NCBI GenBank assembly: GCA_900542055.1
Contig: UQMA01000002.1
Location: 5,070-69,069 of the forward strand
DNA: 64,000 nt
Direction: 5' to 3'
DNA from: an uncultured Azospirillum sp.
Lineage (GTDB): Bacteria > Pseudomonadota > Alphaproteobacteria > RF32 > CAG-239
Shown piece by piece: positions 17,944 through 27,571 of the stretch (within the stretch, counting starts at the first letter, position 1; every line of letters begins with the position of its first letter). The notes beneath the pieces are model-generated. The model searched no databases and was not told the origin of the DNA. It worked only from the letters and a program-made list of their open reading frames with translations. The translations under genes and the position numbers were made by a program.

Positions 17944-18528
17944 TTAATCCTTTTGTTTAATATCTTCTGTAATTGCAGAAATAATATGTTTCAAAACCGA
18001 CTGTTCGACAAATTCCCCTTTTCGCACCAGTATGCGGGTAGCAATATTGTCAAGTTCAAAATCAGGAACAATCTGTTTGTATTTTTTATTTAAAACATCA
18101 ATACAAGCTGTTATATTAACTTCTTCACCTTTTAAATCAGGATTTAGTTCTCCTTTATATACACAATCAACAACAATTTCAGGCATAAGTTTGCTGCCGC
18201 CGGTCAAAAACAACTTATAAATTGTCGCTCCGCCGGATATATATATATCTTCATCAAATTCTTTGAAAAAATTTACATCATTAACTACAAAATGGTGTTT
18301 GGCATCGCTCACTTCATATTGCGCATTTAAGGTCAAAATATAAATATCGCGTTCCGGCAAAGTACGGTTTGGAAAACTTTCGTACGTTGTCTGACCGGCA
18401 ACAATATTTTGTCCTTGAGTTATGCGGCGAAAACGCTGAAAATCAGATTTTATGTGCCATGGAATCTGAGAACCGATACCTATTATATTATCCCCTTCAT
18501 GGCGGCACCAAATAGCAACTTTGGTCAT
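17944..18528 (-). CDS. folA: Dihydrofolate reductase
   Basis: MTKVAIWC...[29 protein letters not shown] fits DHFR. I place the start at ATG 18528, with GGAGAG as SD. At 194 aa it is longer than typical DHFR at the C-terminus. Confidence 0.88.
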   Translation of the reverse strand: MTKVAIWCRHEGDNIIGIGSQIPWHIKSDFQRFRRITQGQNIVAGQTTYESFPNRTLPERDIYILTLNAQYEVSDAKHHFVVNDVNFFKEFDEDIYISGGATIYKLFLTGGSKLMPEIVVDCVYKGELNPDLKGEEVNITACIDVLNKKYKQIVPDFELDNIATRILVRKGEFVEQSVLKHIISAITEDIKQKD

Positions 18529-18683
18529 TACACTCTCCGTTTGTGTTTTTTTTGAACATAGCACAGGCATTTTTCAGTTCAAGCTTTGATACAAGTTATT
18601 AAGACAAATATTGCTACTCACAAATATTGCTTGAAAAAACGGCGTTGATTATGTATATTATCAATGTTGATTTATCAACTGTG

Positions 18684-18972
18684 ATGCCAGAGGCCCTGCG
18701 CAATAGAAATTTTGGACCCGGGGGCAGTACCCGGCACCTCCACCAATTTTTTATGGGGGTGAAACAGGTTAGACAGGATTTAGTAAAGGCAGAAGCTGCA
18801 TTCGGTGAGATACCACCGTTATCGGTTCAAATTTAAATAAATGCTAACGACAATGAATTAGCACCTGTTGCTTTGGCTGCTTAATTAGCAGTTGCAACAA
18901 ATCTGAATTCCTGCTCTCTTGGTTGACAGCAGGTGGGGAACGAGCCACCTAGCAACAGAACGGCTCTTTTTT
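18684..18972 (+). ncRNA. ssrA: Permuted (two-piece) tmRNA gene; boundaries approximate
   Basis: The acceptor piece ends ...GGACCCGGGGGCAGTACCCGGCACCTCCACCA (CCA at 18743-18745). The coding piece starts GGGGGTG (18755), whose acceptor stem includes the G3-U pair. The tag frame GCT(18843)...TAA(18884) reads ANDNELAPVALAA. A terminal hairpin is followed by T6 (18942-18972). Confidence 0.85.
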
Positions 18973-18991
18973 CTTTAGGAGCTGAACAAAT

Positions 18992-19438
18992 ATGGACAAA
19001 CACATCAACGAAATCGACTATGAAAAACTCATTGAACGAGCCTTAAAACATGTGGTTGCAGACGCGCTGAAAATTGCCGAAGAACATGGTCTCCCCGGAG
19101 AACACCACTTTTATATAGCCTTCAGAACAGATCATCCCAGAACCAAAATCGACGACTTTCTCAAAAGCCAATATCCTAAAGAAATGACTATTGTTTTACA
19201 AAATCAGTTTGAAAAACTTCATGTTACAGAATCCGGTTTTTCTGTTGTGTTGCATTTCAACCATATTCCTTATTTATTGGAAATTCCGTTTGACGCCGTT
19301 ACTTATTTCGGCGATCCCAGTGTGCGTTTCGGGCTCAGTTTCGGCGCAGAAATAAATGATGAACATCCGGAAAACGCTCCAATCAAACAACAAGCCGAAG
19401 TTATTTCAATTGACAGTTTCAGAAAGAAAAATGCTTAA
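18992..19438 (+). CDS. sspB: SspB-alpha-type ClpXP adaptor (stringent starvation protein B family)
   Basis: GLPGEHHFYIAFRT, YPKEMTIVLQNQF and DPSVRFGLSF match the alphaproteobacterial SspB pattern. The short basic C-terminal tail is IDSFRKKNA. Confidence 0.8.
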   Translation: MDKHINEIDYEKLIERALKHVVADALKIAEEHGLPGEHHFYIAFRTDHPRTKIDDFLKSQYPKEMTIVLQNQFEKLHVTESGFSVVLHFNHIPYLLEIPFDAVTYFGDPSVRFGLSFGAEINDEHPENAPIKQQAEVISIDSFRKKNA

Positions 19439-19670
19439 AAAATCCATTGTCATTGCCGGACGTCACCAGACCAGTATTTCTGTTGAGCCCGAATTTTATG
19501 CAGCACTCGAAAACATAGCTCAGGAACAGAATTTAAGCATTAATGCTCTAATTACACAAATAGACAGCCTGAGAAACGAAAGCTATAATCTCTCCAGTGC
19601 GGTTCGGGTATATATTTTAAACTATTTTCAGAAAAAATCATCTGATAAGCAAAATACACTGTCTTTTTAA
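19431..19670 (+). CDS. Ribbon-helix-helix domain protein (RHH_4-like)
   Basis: SIVIAGRHQTSISVEPEFYAALENIAQEQNLSINALITQID...NLSSAVRVYIL fits the family pattern. ATG 19431 overlaps the sspB stop. Confidence 0.65.
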   Translation: MLKKSIVIAGRHQTSISVEPEFYAALENIAQEQNLSINALITQIDSLRNESYNLSSAVRVYILNYFQKKSSDKQNTLSF

Positions 19671-19712
19671 AAGATATAATTTATTTATCTCAATTAAAAA
19701 AATATTATAGAT

Positions 19713-19749
19713 ACAAAAAAAAGCTCCGACAAAAAATCAGAGCTTTTTT
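19713..19749. terminator. Bidirectional terminator between convergent genes
   Basis: AAGCTC (19721-19726) pairs with GAGCTT (19740-19745). An A-run precedes it and a T-run follows. Confidence 0.7.
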
Positions 19750-19752
19750 AAT

Positions 19753-20517
19753 CTACAATTCATCATCACCGTCAGGAAAATCATCACTTTCATCAGTCAG
19801 CAATGCAATATCTTCTGCGGAAGCATCTTCCATTTCATCTTTACGGCGGCGGCCGCGGCGTTTTTTAAGCGGTTTTTTCTTATTGACAGCATTAATAACA
19901 TAATTTCCAACAATTTTATACAAATCTGTCAAATGCCCGTTATACATATGGTCTGCCTCTTCAACCATGGCAAAATCAACACATACATTGCGCTGAGTAT
20001 TCAACCGTTTTGCCAAAGCCGTTACGGTTTGAGGAACAACAATTTCATCTTGTCCGCCTTGTATAATTAAACCAGAGGTCGGACACGGCGCCAAAAACGA
20101 AAAATCTTTTTCATTTGCCGGAGGAGAAACAGCTATAAAGTTATTAATATCGGGACGGCGCATTAATAACTGCAACGCAATCCAAGCACCGAAAGTATAG
20201 CCGGCGACCCAGCATTGACGCGCTTCGGGATTCATAGCCTGAAGCCAATCAAGCGCAACCGTTGCATCGGAAAGTTCGCCCGGACCATCTTCAAATTGCC
20301 CTTGTGAGCGTCCGACACCGCGAAAATTAAAACGCAACACGGAAAAGCCCAAATCCTTAAAACAGCTAAACAGCGCATAAACAACCTTATTGCTCATTGT
20401 GCCGCCGTATTGAGGATGAGGATGTAAAATCAGGGCTATCGGAGCTCCTGGGCGGCTACTCTGATGATAGCGTCCTTCTATTCTGCCCGCATGCCCGTTA
20501 AACAGTACTTCTGCCAT
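19753..20517 (-). CDS. Alpha/beta hydrolase (COG2945-like) with a charged C-terminal tail
   Basis: GRIEGRYH...ALILHPHPQYGGTM..NKVV and FNFRGVGRSQG fit the family. The tail is KKKPLKKRRGRRRKDEMEDASAEDIALLTDESDDFPDGDDEL. Confidence 0.75.
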   Translation of the reverse strand: MAEVLFNGHAGRIEGRYHQSSRPGAPIALILHPHPQYGGTMSNKVVYALFSCFKDLGFSVLRFNFRGVGRSQGQFEDGPGELSDATVALDWLQAMNPEARQCWVAGYTFGAWIALQLLMRRPDINNFIAVSPPANEKDFSFLAPCPTSGLIIQGGQDEIVVPQTVTALAKRLNTQRNVCVDFAMVEEADHMYNGHLTDLYKIVGNYVINAVNKKKPLKKRRGRRRKDEMEDASAEDIALLTDESDDFPDGDDEL

Positions 20518-20711
20518 GTGTAAAATCCTGTATATATTATAAGTAGTGTATCTTATATAGCATATAAATTCTGTATAAAATGTTAATTTTCTGGTAAAAC
20601 AATAAAAAAATTATAGTATATATATAGTTAGCGTTGTAACCGAATTGTAACTATTATTTTTAATTAATCTATGCTATCATTAATGATAGAGGAACAGTGT
20701 GGAGGCTCACT

Positions 20712-21314
20712 ATGAAAAAGTTATTCATTTTTTCGGCAATTGCCGCATTTGTTATGTTTGCAACATCAGCAAAAGCGCAATTGCCATCAAATCCGTTTAA
20801 TACAAATGAAAACAGCGGAACATTCAATAATGTGCAAACCAAAGCCAGCACAAAAGAATCGATTACAGAATCCCCTATGTACAGCGATGGAATGACCGGC
20901 GGCGAAGTTTTGCCAGTAGATCCTTGGGCAAGGGCCCGCGACCGCAGCGGTATTGAAACATGGCGCGGCTCAGGTCAGCACGGACGCTTGGATTACATTG
21001 GCGAAGCCACAACTTACACCGACGCTCAGGGACAAGAAATGATTGCTCCTGAAGTTAACCGTCATAATATGGTTGTTGGTTTGGATCATCTGCGTAAATT
21101 AGGATATGATATTCCTGAAGAATATAATGATAAAATCAAAAATCTTCCAAGCGCATACAAATCCTTGTTGGAACAGAATATGAGCGAAGTTCAGAACAAC
21201 AAAGACCCGTTCAGCCAAAGTTTTACCAAAATGATGAAAATGTTTGAAGACAGCACGGGATTGAACCTGAATAATATCTTGTTTAATTCTCTCAAAATTT
21301 TAGGTACGGATTAA
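20712..21314 (+). CDS. Secreted hypothetical protein
   Basis: Signal peptide MKKLFIFSAIAAFVMFATSAKA, with GGAGG SD before ATG 20712. Confidence 0.5.
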   Translation: MKKLFIFSAIAAFVMFATSAKAQLPSNPFNTNENSGTFNNVQTKASTKESITESPMYSDGMTGGEVLPVDPWARARDRSGIETWRGSGQHGRLDYIGEATTYTDAQGQEMIAPEVNRHNMVVGLDHLRKLGYDIPEEYNDKIKNLPSAYKSLLEQNMSEVQNNKDPFSQSFTKMMKMFEDSTGLNLNNILFNSLKILGTD

Positions 21315-21333
21315 TTGTGCGGAGATTAAAACA

Positions 21334-21681
21334 ATGAAAAATTTATTGATGGCTTCAGCGGTGTTTTTATCAATGACAAGCTCTGTTTCGGCTCAGCTTC
21401 CGGAAATGACTCCGGCAGAAGCTCAGGAAGTTATCAATGAAAAATTTTTAAATGAAGAAACTGTTAAAATAACCGAGCCTTTAAAAAGGCATACAGATTA
21501 TGTAGCTGAAAATTACAGTCCGGCAGAGTTGAAAGGTTTGATTCGCAACACAGAAGAAATCGAACGCAAATCAGCCGCCAGACTTGAGCAAGACTATGTT
21601 CCTTATGATCGTCAAATTGATGTAAAAAAGCCTCAGCAAGTAAAACGTTATTTTCGCAGCCGATTAAAAACAATATATTAA
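21334..21681 (+). CDS. Secreted hypothetical protein
   Basis: Signal peptide MKNLLMASAVFLSMTSSVSA. A terminator follows. Confidence 0.5.
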   Translation: MKNLLMASAVFLSMTSSVSAQLPEMTPAEAQEVINEKFLNEETVKITEPLKRHTDYVAENYSPAELKGLIRNTEEIERKSAARLEQDYVPYDRQIDVKKPQQVKRYFRSRLKTIY

Positions 21682-21704
21682 ACCTACACTGTTTATCTTT
21701 GACA

Positions 21705-21740
21705 AATATCCCGAATGTCGATAAGCTTTCGGGATATTTT
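21705..21740 (+). terminator. Rho-independent terminator
   Basis: An 11-bp stem, AATATCCCGAA pairing with TTCGGGATATT, followed by a T-run. Confidence 0.7.
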
Positions 21741-21760
21741 ATATACAATCGGAGTACCGC

Positions 21761-22678
21761 ATGCCTCATATATACAACAACTTTCTTGAAATAGCTGATA
21801 AATTTGAGATTTTACTGGTCGATGCGTACGGCGTTTTTTGGAATGGAAAAGATTTTTACACCGACAGCCGTGAAGTTTTGGCGCAACAAGTCCAACAAGG
21901 CAAACGAGTTATAATTGTATCTAACACAACCGCTTTATCAGATGCGGCTATGAAATCATATACCCAAAAAGGGCTTATACAGGGAAAGCACTACACGGAT
22001 TTTATAACCTCGGGAGATGTTGCCCGCTCAGCCTTTACGAATGACAATATAGCCATAAACGGTCATAACATCTATATGTTCGGCACTCCTAATCTTAAAA
22101 TTTTTGAAAATACTCCTTTCAATATTGTCGACTCAATTGCCAATGCAGACGCTTTTTATATTTCTGTACCGCAATTATCCGAAAATCAGGTATCAGAACT
22201 GGAACTTTACGAAAAATCATTTTATCGCTCCCCAAAAGGATTGTTTGACAGCGCCATAGCGGATCCTTTTATCCACGATTTAAAAAAACTGTATTTGGCA
22301 GGTCTTCCAGCCATAAACGCCAATCCTGATTTTACCGCCAGTGAAAAAGATGAATTTGGTGATGTCCATTTTGTTATCCGACAGGGAACCATTGCTGAAA
22401 TTTATCGTAAAATGGGCGGCAGAGTAATTGAATTCGGCAAACCTCATGCAAATATATTCGAATATGTATTCAATAAACTGGAAATACTTTCAAAAAACTC
22501 AACAGCAATGATCGGCGACACTTACCGCACAGATATTCAAGGGGCTCAAAATTATGGAATTTACGGAGTATGGTGCACGCAGACCGGAGTTACAGCCAAT
22601 GAACTGAATAAAGGAAAAACCTTAGAACAGATCTGCAACAACAATTTTGAAAATATTTTTTTAATAAAACAGCTCTGA
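21761..22678 (+). CDS. HAD-superfamily hydrolase, subfamily IIA-like
   Basis: LLVDAYGVFWNG (a DxxG-type motif I variant), SNT, and GDTYRTDIQGA as motif IV. Confidence 0.72.
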   Translation: MPHIYNNFLEIADKFEILLVDAYGVFWNGKDFYTDSREVLAQQVQQGKRVIIVSNTTALSDAAMKSYTQKGLIQGKHYTDFITSGDVARSAFTNDNIAINGHNIYMFGTPNLKIFENTPFNIVDSIANADAFYISVPQLSENQVSELELYEKSFYRSPKGLFDSAIADPFIHDLKKLYLAGLPAINANPDFTASEKDEFGDVHFVIRQGTIAEIYRKMGGRVIEFGKPHANIFEYVFNKLEILSKNSTAMIGDTYRTDIQGAQNYGIYGVWCTQTGVTANELNKGKTLEQICNNNFENIFLIKQL

Positions 22679-22750
22679 CTTTGCAAACAGGTTTAAATTT
22701 ATTAAAAAAAGTATAAATTATTTTTGTTCTCTCCATCAAAAGGAAAAAAT

Positions 22751-24052
22751 ATGGATCCTAAAATTTTAGCTTCAATCATCTTAGTCATAAGCTACATTAT
22801 TCTGTTTTCGGAAGCCGTCAACCGCGCCATTGTGGCCATGCTCGGCGCCGGAATAATGTTGATTACCGGAATTTTGACTCAAGAAACAGCTCTTGCCGGC
22901 GTTGATTTTAATACCATTTTTTTGCTTATAGGAATGATGATTATTGTCGGAATTTCCGAAAAATCAGGTATGTTTGAATATGTTGCGATTTGGGGAGCAA
23001 AAAAAGTTAAAGCCAATCCGCGAGGCCTGCTGGTCGTTTTGGCAATTGTCACCGCCGTTTTTTCGGCGCTGCTTGATAATGTAACCACAGTTTTATTGAT
23101 TGTTCCGGTCACTTTTCAAATTGTAAGACAGCTTAAAGTTCCTGCTTATCCTTATTTGTTATTGGAAATATTTGCGGCCAATATTGGAGGAACAGCAACT
23201 CTGATAGGCGATCCGCCGAATATTCTTATCGGTTCGGCCTTAAATTTGACATTTACCGATTTTGCTAAAGAATTAACCCCCGTTGTATTGATTTCTTTGT
23301 TCGTTATTATTGGAATTTTTGATTTTGTTTGGCGCAAAAAATTAATTGCCGACACTGATAAAAGGCAAAAATTAATGCAAATTAACGAACAAGAAACAAT
23401 CAAAAATAAAACTCTGCTTCTGAAATCATTAGCCGTACTGTTTTCAGTCATCGGAGCCTTTATAGCCGCCGAACATTTAAAATTGGAAAACGGAACTATA
23501 GCCTTATTCGGAGCAGCAATTCTGCTGTTTCTGTATACTTTCGGACTGCATCATAATGATCGAGAAAAACAAATAGCCGAAGCATTTTATATTGTCGATT
23601 GGACAACAATTTTCTTCTTTGCCGGACTGTTTATTATTGTACACGGATTGGAAGAAACCGGAGTTTTGCACTTGGCTGGACAAAAATTCACAGCTATGAC
23701 AGATAACAGCATTGAAAAAACAACTATGTTGATTATCTGGATTTCAGCTTTTCTATCATCGGCTATCGACAATATACCATTTGTAGCCACGATGATCCCC
23801 ATGCTTAAATCAATAGAAGAATCATTAGGCGGAAGAGAAGCTATGATGCCGGTTTGGTGGGCGCTGTCGCTTGGATCTTGTTTTGGCGGAAACGGCACGC
23901 TTATTGCAGCTTCAGCAAATGTTATTGTAGCCGGAATTGCAGCAAAAGAAGGCGAGCCCATTAAATTTGTTCGTTTTTTGATTTGGTCGGTGCCGATAAC
24001 TTTGCTCACTGTTGCCATTGCCTCGTTATATTTACATATGTCGCATTTTTAG
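22751..24052 (+). CDS. ArsB/NhaD-superfamily permease (copy 1)
   Basis: Polytopic membrane protein with GGTATLIGDPPNILIGSAL and DNIPFVATMIP blocks. I place the start at ATG 22751. Confidence 0.8.
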   Translation: MDPKILASIILVISYIILFSEAVNRAIVAMLGAGIMLITGILTQETALAGVDFNTIFLLIGMMIIVGISEKSGMFEYVAIWGAKKVKANPRGLLVVLAIVTAVFSALLDNVTTVLLIVPVTFQIVRQLKVPAYPYLLLEIFAANIGGTATLIGDPPNILIGSALNLTFTDFAKELTPVVLISLFVIIGIFDFVWRKKLIADTDKRQKLMQINEQETIKNKTLLLKSLAVLFSVIGAFIAAEHLKLENGTIALFGAAILLFLYTFGLHHNDREKQIAEAFYIVDWTTIFFFAGLFIIVHGLEETGVLHLAGQKFTAMTDNSIEKTTMLIIWISAFLSSAIDNIPFVATMIPMLKSIEESLGGREAMMPVWWALSLGSCFGGNGTLIAASANVIVAGIAAKEGEPIKFVRFLIWSVPITLLTVAIASLYLHMSHF

Positions 24053-24127
24053 CAATAGAAATTAACCGAATGTTAGTAAGCTGATTATTAGTATTGTCTT
24101 CACTGGATTATTTTTAGGACAGTAAAC

Positions 24128-25468
24128 ATGCAATTTTTAGAAATGTTACAAAGCTATATGCAAGCTGATGCCAGCAAAATTGTCGCGGTTTCGGTTTTTA
24201 CCGCTTGTTATATTGTTTTGTTTTCGGAAAAAGTTAACCGTGCGATTGTTGCCGTTCTAGGTGCCGGAATTATGATTTTTACCGGTGTTTTAACTCAAAC
24301 AACGGCTTTGAAAGGCATTGATTTTAATACGCTTTCTCTTTTAATAGGTATGATGATTATCATCGGAACAGCCGAAAAATCTGGCATGTTTGAATATGTT
24401 GCCGTTTGGGGAGCCAAAATAGTAAAAGCAAATCCTCGCGGATTGTTGGTTGTATTAGCAACCGTCACCGCTGTTTTTTCTTCTCTTTTGGACAATGTAA
24501 CAACTGTGCTTTTAATAGCTCCTGTTACAATCCAAATTACCCGCAAATTAAAACTTAACCCCTACCCTTATCTAATTTTAGAAATTTTTTGTTCAAATAT
24601 CGGCGGAACAGCTACTTTAATCGGCGATCCACCGAACATTCTCATCGGCTCGGCTCTAAATCTGAGTTTTATGGATTTTGTTAAAGAACTCACACCTATT
24701 GTGATTTTTACATTAGCATTGATTATTGGTTTGTTTGAAATTTTTTGGCACCGGAAATTAGTGGCTGCCGATGAAGACAAACAGGCTTTGCTGTTGATGA
24801 ACGAAAAAGACAGCATAAAGAATGTCAGCCTGTTAAAAAAATCGCTTTTTGTTCTGTTTTTTGTAATTTTGGGTTTTATTACCGCAGAAGAAACAGGATT
24901 ATCCAATGGTGTAATAGCCTTATTTGGTTCGGCAGTTTTACTGCTATTATATACCATTGGCAAAAAACATCAGGACCGCGACAGCAAAATAGAACAAATT
25001 TTTTCAAATATTGACTGGACAACAATTTTCTTTTTTACCGGTCTGTTTGTTATTGTTTACGGTTTGGAAGAAACCGGAATTTTAGAGATTATGGGACGGG
25101 AATTTTTAGCCTTGACCAATTCAGAACTGCCTAAAGTTACTTTTTTAACGCTGTGGGTATCGGCTATATTATCCAGCATTGTTGACAATATACCATTTGT
25201 AGCCACAATGATACCTATGCTCAAATCAATGGAAGAATCATTGGGAGGAAGAGAAATTATGATGCCGGTTTGGTGGGCGCTGTCGCTAGGTGCCTGTTTC
25301 GGCGGAAACGGAACTCTGATAGGAGCCTCTGCAAATGTTATAATCGCGGGTATAGCAGCAAAAGAAGGACACCCAATAAAATTTATGCCTTTTATGAAAT
25401 GGTCTTTACCGATTATGCTGTTAACAATAATCCTGTCGACGATTTGGTTAAAAATTCAATATTTTTAA
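24128..25468 (+). CDS. ArsB/NhaD-superfamily permease (copy 2, tandem paralogue)
   Basis: Collinear with copy 1 over its whole length and shares long identical blocks (e.g. GMFEYVA.WGAK.VKANPRGLLVVLA.VTAVFS.LLDNVTTVLLI.PVT). Confidence 0.8.
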   Translation: MQFLEMLQSYMQADASKIVAVSVFTACYIVLFSEKVNRAIVAVLGAGIMIFTGVLTQTTALKGIDFNTLSLLIGMMIIIGTAEKSGMFEYVAVWGAKIVKANPRGLLVVLATVTAVFSSLLDNVTTVLLIAPVTIQITRKLKLNPYPYLILEIFCSNIGGTATLIGDPPNILIGSALNLSFMDFVKELTPIVIFTLALIIGLFEIFWHRKLVAADEDKQALLLMNEKDSIKNVSLLKKSLFVLFFVILGFITAEETGLSNGVIALFGSAVLLLLYTIGKKHQDRDSKIEQIFSNIDWTTIFFFTGLFVIVYGLEETGILEIMGREFLALTNSELPKVTFLTLWVSAILSSIVDNIPFVATMIPMLKSMEESLGGREIMMPVWWALSLGACFGGNGTLIGASANVIIAGIAAKEGHPIKFMPFMKWSLPIMLLTIILSTIWLKIQYF

Positions 25469-25478
25469 TTTTTCCCTC

Positions 25479-25510
25479 AGCCTCGAAAATTTATTTTTCG
25501 AGGCTTTTTT
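25479..25510 (+). terminator. Rho-independent terminator
   Basis: An 11-bp stem, AGCCTCGAAAA pairing with TTTTCGAGGCT, followed by T6. Confidence 0.8.
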
Positions 25511-25580
25511 GTCAATATTAACTTTTTATTTGTCTTTTATTTTTAGACTTAAAATTAAGAAAATTTTATCGGGGGAAAAC

Positions 25581-26756
25581 ATGTACAGATTTATAGCTTT
25601 TGCAGCAGTGTTTTTTGCATTGAATTTAAACATTGCCAATGCCGCTCCTAAAACGACATCCAGCATTGCCATAGATTTGGCTACGGGCGAAATTATTTCT
25701 TCCGAAAGACCCGATGAATTAAGAGAGCCCGCTTCATTAACAAAACTTATGACCCTGTATCTGACTTTTGAGGCTATTGAAAAAGGCGATATAAGAATGG
25801 ATATGGATTTAAAAGTTTCACGCACTGCCGCCAATCGTTCGCCGTCAAGATTGGACGTAAAAGCCGGACAAACCATTTCGGTTGAAAATGCTATTAAAGC
25901 ATTAATCGTAAAATCTGCAAACGACTGCGCCACAGTGTTAGCTGAAGCTTTGGCTAAAGATGAAGCCGAATTTGCCGTTTTGATGACTAAAAAAGCAAAA
26001 AAATTGGGAATGAAAAACACAACGTTTAAAAACGCTTCGGGCTTAAACAACAGGCAACAGCTAACAACCGCACGCGATATGGCAATGTTGGGCAGAGCCA
26101 TCTATGAACATTTTCCGCAATATTATCATTTGTTTTCTTTAAAAAAGTTTACATATCAAGGCAAAACATTTTATACGCATAACCATGTTTTGAAAAAATT
26201 CAAAGGCGCCGACGGTATGAAAACCGGCTATATTTCAACAGCAGGCTTCAATATTGTCACTTCAGCAAAACGCAACAATAATCGTGTATTGGCTGTAACG
26301 ATGGGACATAAGACCTTAAAAGAACGCGACACTAAAATTATGAAGATAATGGATAAGGGACTACAGAAAATAGCCCTCAACCAAAAAGGAAATGCAAACA
26401 AAGTATTAGCAAAATTAGAACGCCCCCGCTTATTGACGGCTGAAAAAATGAGCGGTAAAAACCTGAAAAAATCAATTGCCAAGGGGCATTGGGCTGTACA
26501 ATTGGGGGCTTTTCGCAATTATGCAAGAGCACGCAGCTACGCTTTTAGCCTTAAACAAAAAATTCCAGAAATCAAACCCTATCCTATTTCGGTAGAAGCA
26601 GCCGAAAGCGACATGGCCATTGTTTATCGCTCGCAGCTGACAAACTTTTCTAAAAAAGATGCGAAAGAATTATGTAATCGTTTGAAAAAAGAAAATAAAT
26701 CCTGTATGGTTATAAATACAGAAGACAAATCGCTAACTTTGGCAGAAAACAAATAA
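25581..26756 (+). CDS. D-alanyl-D-alanine carboxypeptidase (PBP5/6, S11 family) with a C-terminal SPOR domain
   Basis: Signal peptide, then SLTKLMT (SxxK), SAND (SxN) and KTGY (KTG). The C-terminal WAVQLGAFRNYARARSYA... is SPOR-like. I place the start at ATG 25581. Confidence 0.85.
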   Translation: MYRFIAFAAVFFALNLNIANAAPKTTSSIAIDLATGEIISSERPDELREPASLTKLMTLYLTFEAIEKGDIRMDMDLKVSRTAANRSPSRLDVKAGQTISVENAIKALIVKSANDCATVLAEALAKDEAEFAVLMTKKAKKLGMKNTTFKNASGLNNRQQLTTARDMAMLGRAIYEHFPQYYHLFSLKKFTYQGKTFYTHNHVLKKFKGADGMKTGYISTAGFNIVTSAKRNNNRVLAVTMGHKTLKERDTKIMKIMDKGLQKIALNQKGNANKVLAKLERPRLLTAEKMSGKNLKKSIAKGHWAVQLGAFRNYARARSYAFSLKQKIPEIKPYPISVEAAESDMAIVYRSQLTNFSKKDAKELCNRLKKENKSCMVINTEDKSLTLAENK

Positions 26757-27556
26757 TGAACGACCCAAAAGCACATATAATCACTATCGGAAACGAAAAA
26801 GGCGGCACCGGAAAATCTACACTTTCTATGCATTTAGCTATTTTATTAATGCAGGAAGGATTTAAAGTGGCTGTTATCGATATGGACGGCAGACAAGGAA
26901 CTTTGTCGCGCTATATAAACAATCGCTGTAATTTTGCCAAACAGAATCATATAAATTTGATTGTTCCGCAACTGGTTACGGTTTCACCTCGCGACAATCA
27001 AAACGAATACGCCAACCATATATCGGAAATAGAATTGGCTGTTGCCGAATTGTCAAAAGCCTATGATGCTTTGATTATAGACACTCCGGGAACAAAAAAC
27101 TATTTATTTGAAGAAGCGCATCGTTTAGCAGATACTTTAATTACACCTATCGGCGACAGTTTAATTGATTTAAACGTATTGTCTGAAATTGATGAAAAAG
27201 CTCCTAACCGCCAACATGCCGGACATTATGCCGAATTTGTCTGGGAAATAAAAAAATATCGCGCGCAACACGGAAAAAAATCTCTTAATTGGATTGTTGC
27301 CGCCAATAAAGTGTCATCCTTAAATTCAAAAAACAAAACCTTATTTTTTGACCATTTAAATCAAATTGCCAAAACTTATGGTTTCAGAGTTTCGGGAAGC
27401 ATAAAAGACCGCGTTATTTATAAAGAATTGTTTCTGCAAGGTTTAACCGTTTTAGACTTAAACACGCAAGCGCTGAAAAGTCGTTTAACCCTATCGCATT
27501 TAGCGGCAAAACAAGAAATTAAAAATCTGGCCGAATTTATCTGTCCTCAAGCTTAA
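26756..27556 (+). CDS. mipZ: MipZ-type ParA-like ATPase (division-plane positioning)
   Basis: IITIGNEKGGTGKSTLSMHLA, IDMDGRQGT, IIDTPG, DRVIYKELFLQGLTVLDL and LSHLAAKQEI follow the Caulobacter MipZ pattern along the whole length. Confidence 0.8.
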   Translation: MNDPKAHIITIGNEKGGTGKSTLSMHLAILLMQEGFKVAVIDMDGRQGTLSRYINNRCNFAKQNHINLIVPQLVTVSPRDNQNEYANHISEIELAVAELSKAYDALIIDTPGTKNYLFEEAHRLADTLITPIGDSLIDLNVLSEIDEKAPNRQHAGHYAEFVWEIKKYRAQHGKKSLNWIVAANKVSSLNSKNKTLFFDHLNQIAKTYGFRVSGSIKDRVIYKELFLQGLTVLDLNTQALKSRLTLSHLAAKQEIKNLAEFICPQA

Positions 27557-27571
27557 AAAGGAGAAAAGCTT

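Noticed and set aside
18627-18836. A 69-aa + strand ORF
   Set aside because: It lies over the ssrA acceptor piece and the start of the coding piece. The tmRNA explains the sequence.
25526-26101. A 191-aa minus-strand ORF
   Set aside because: It is antisense within the well-supported DD-carboxypeptidase gene.
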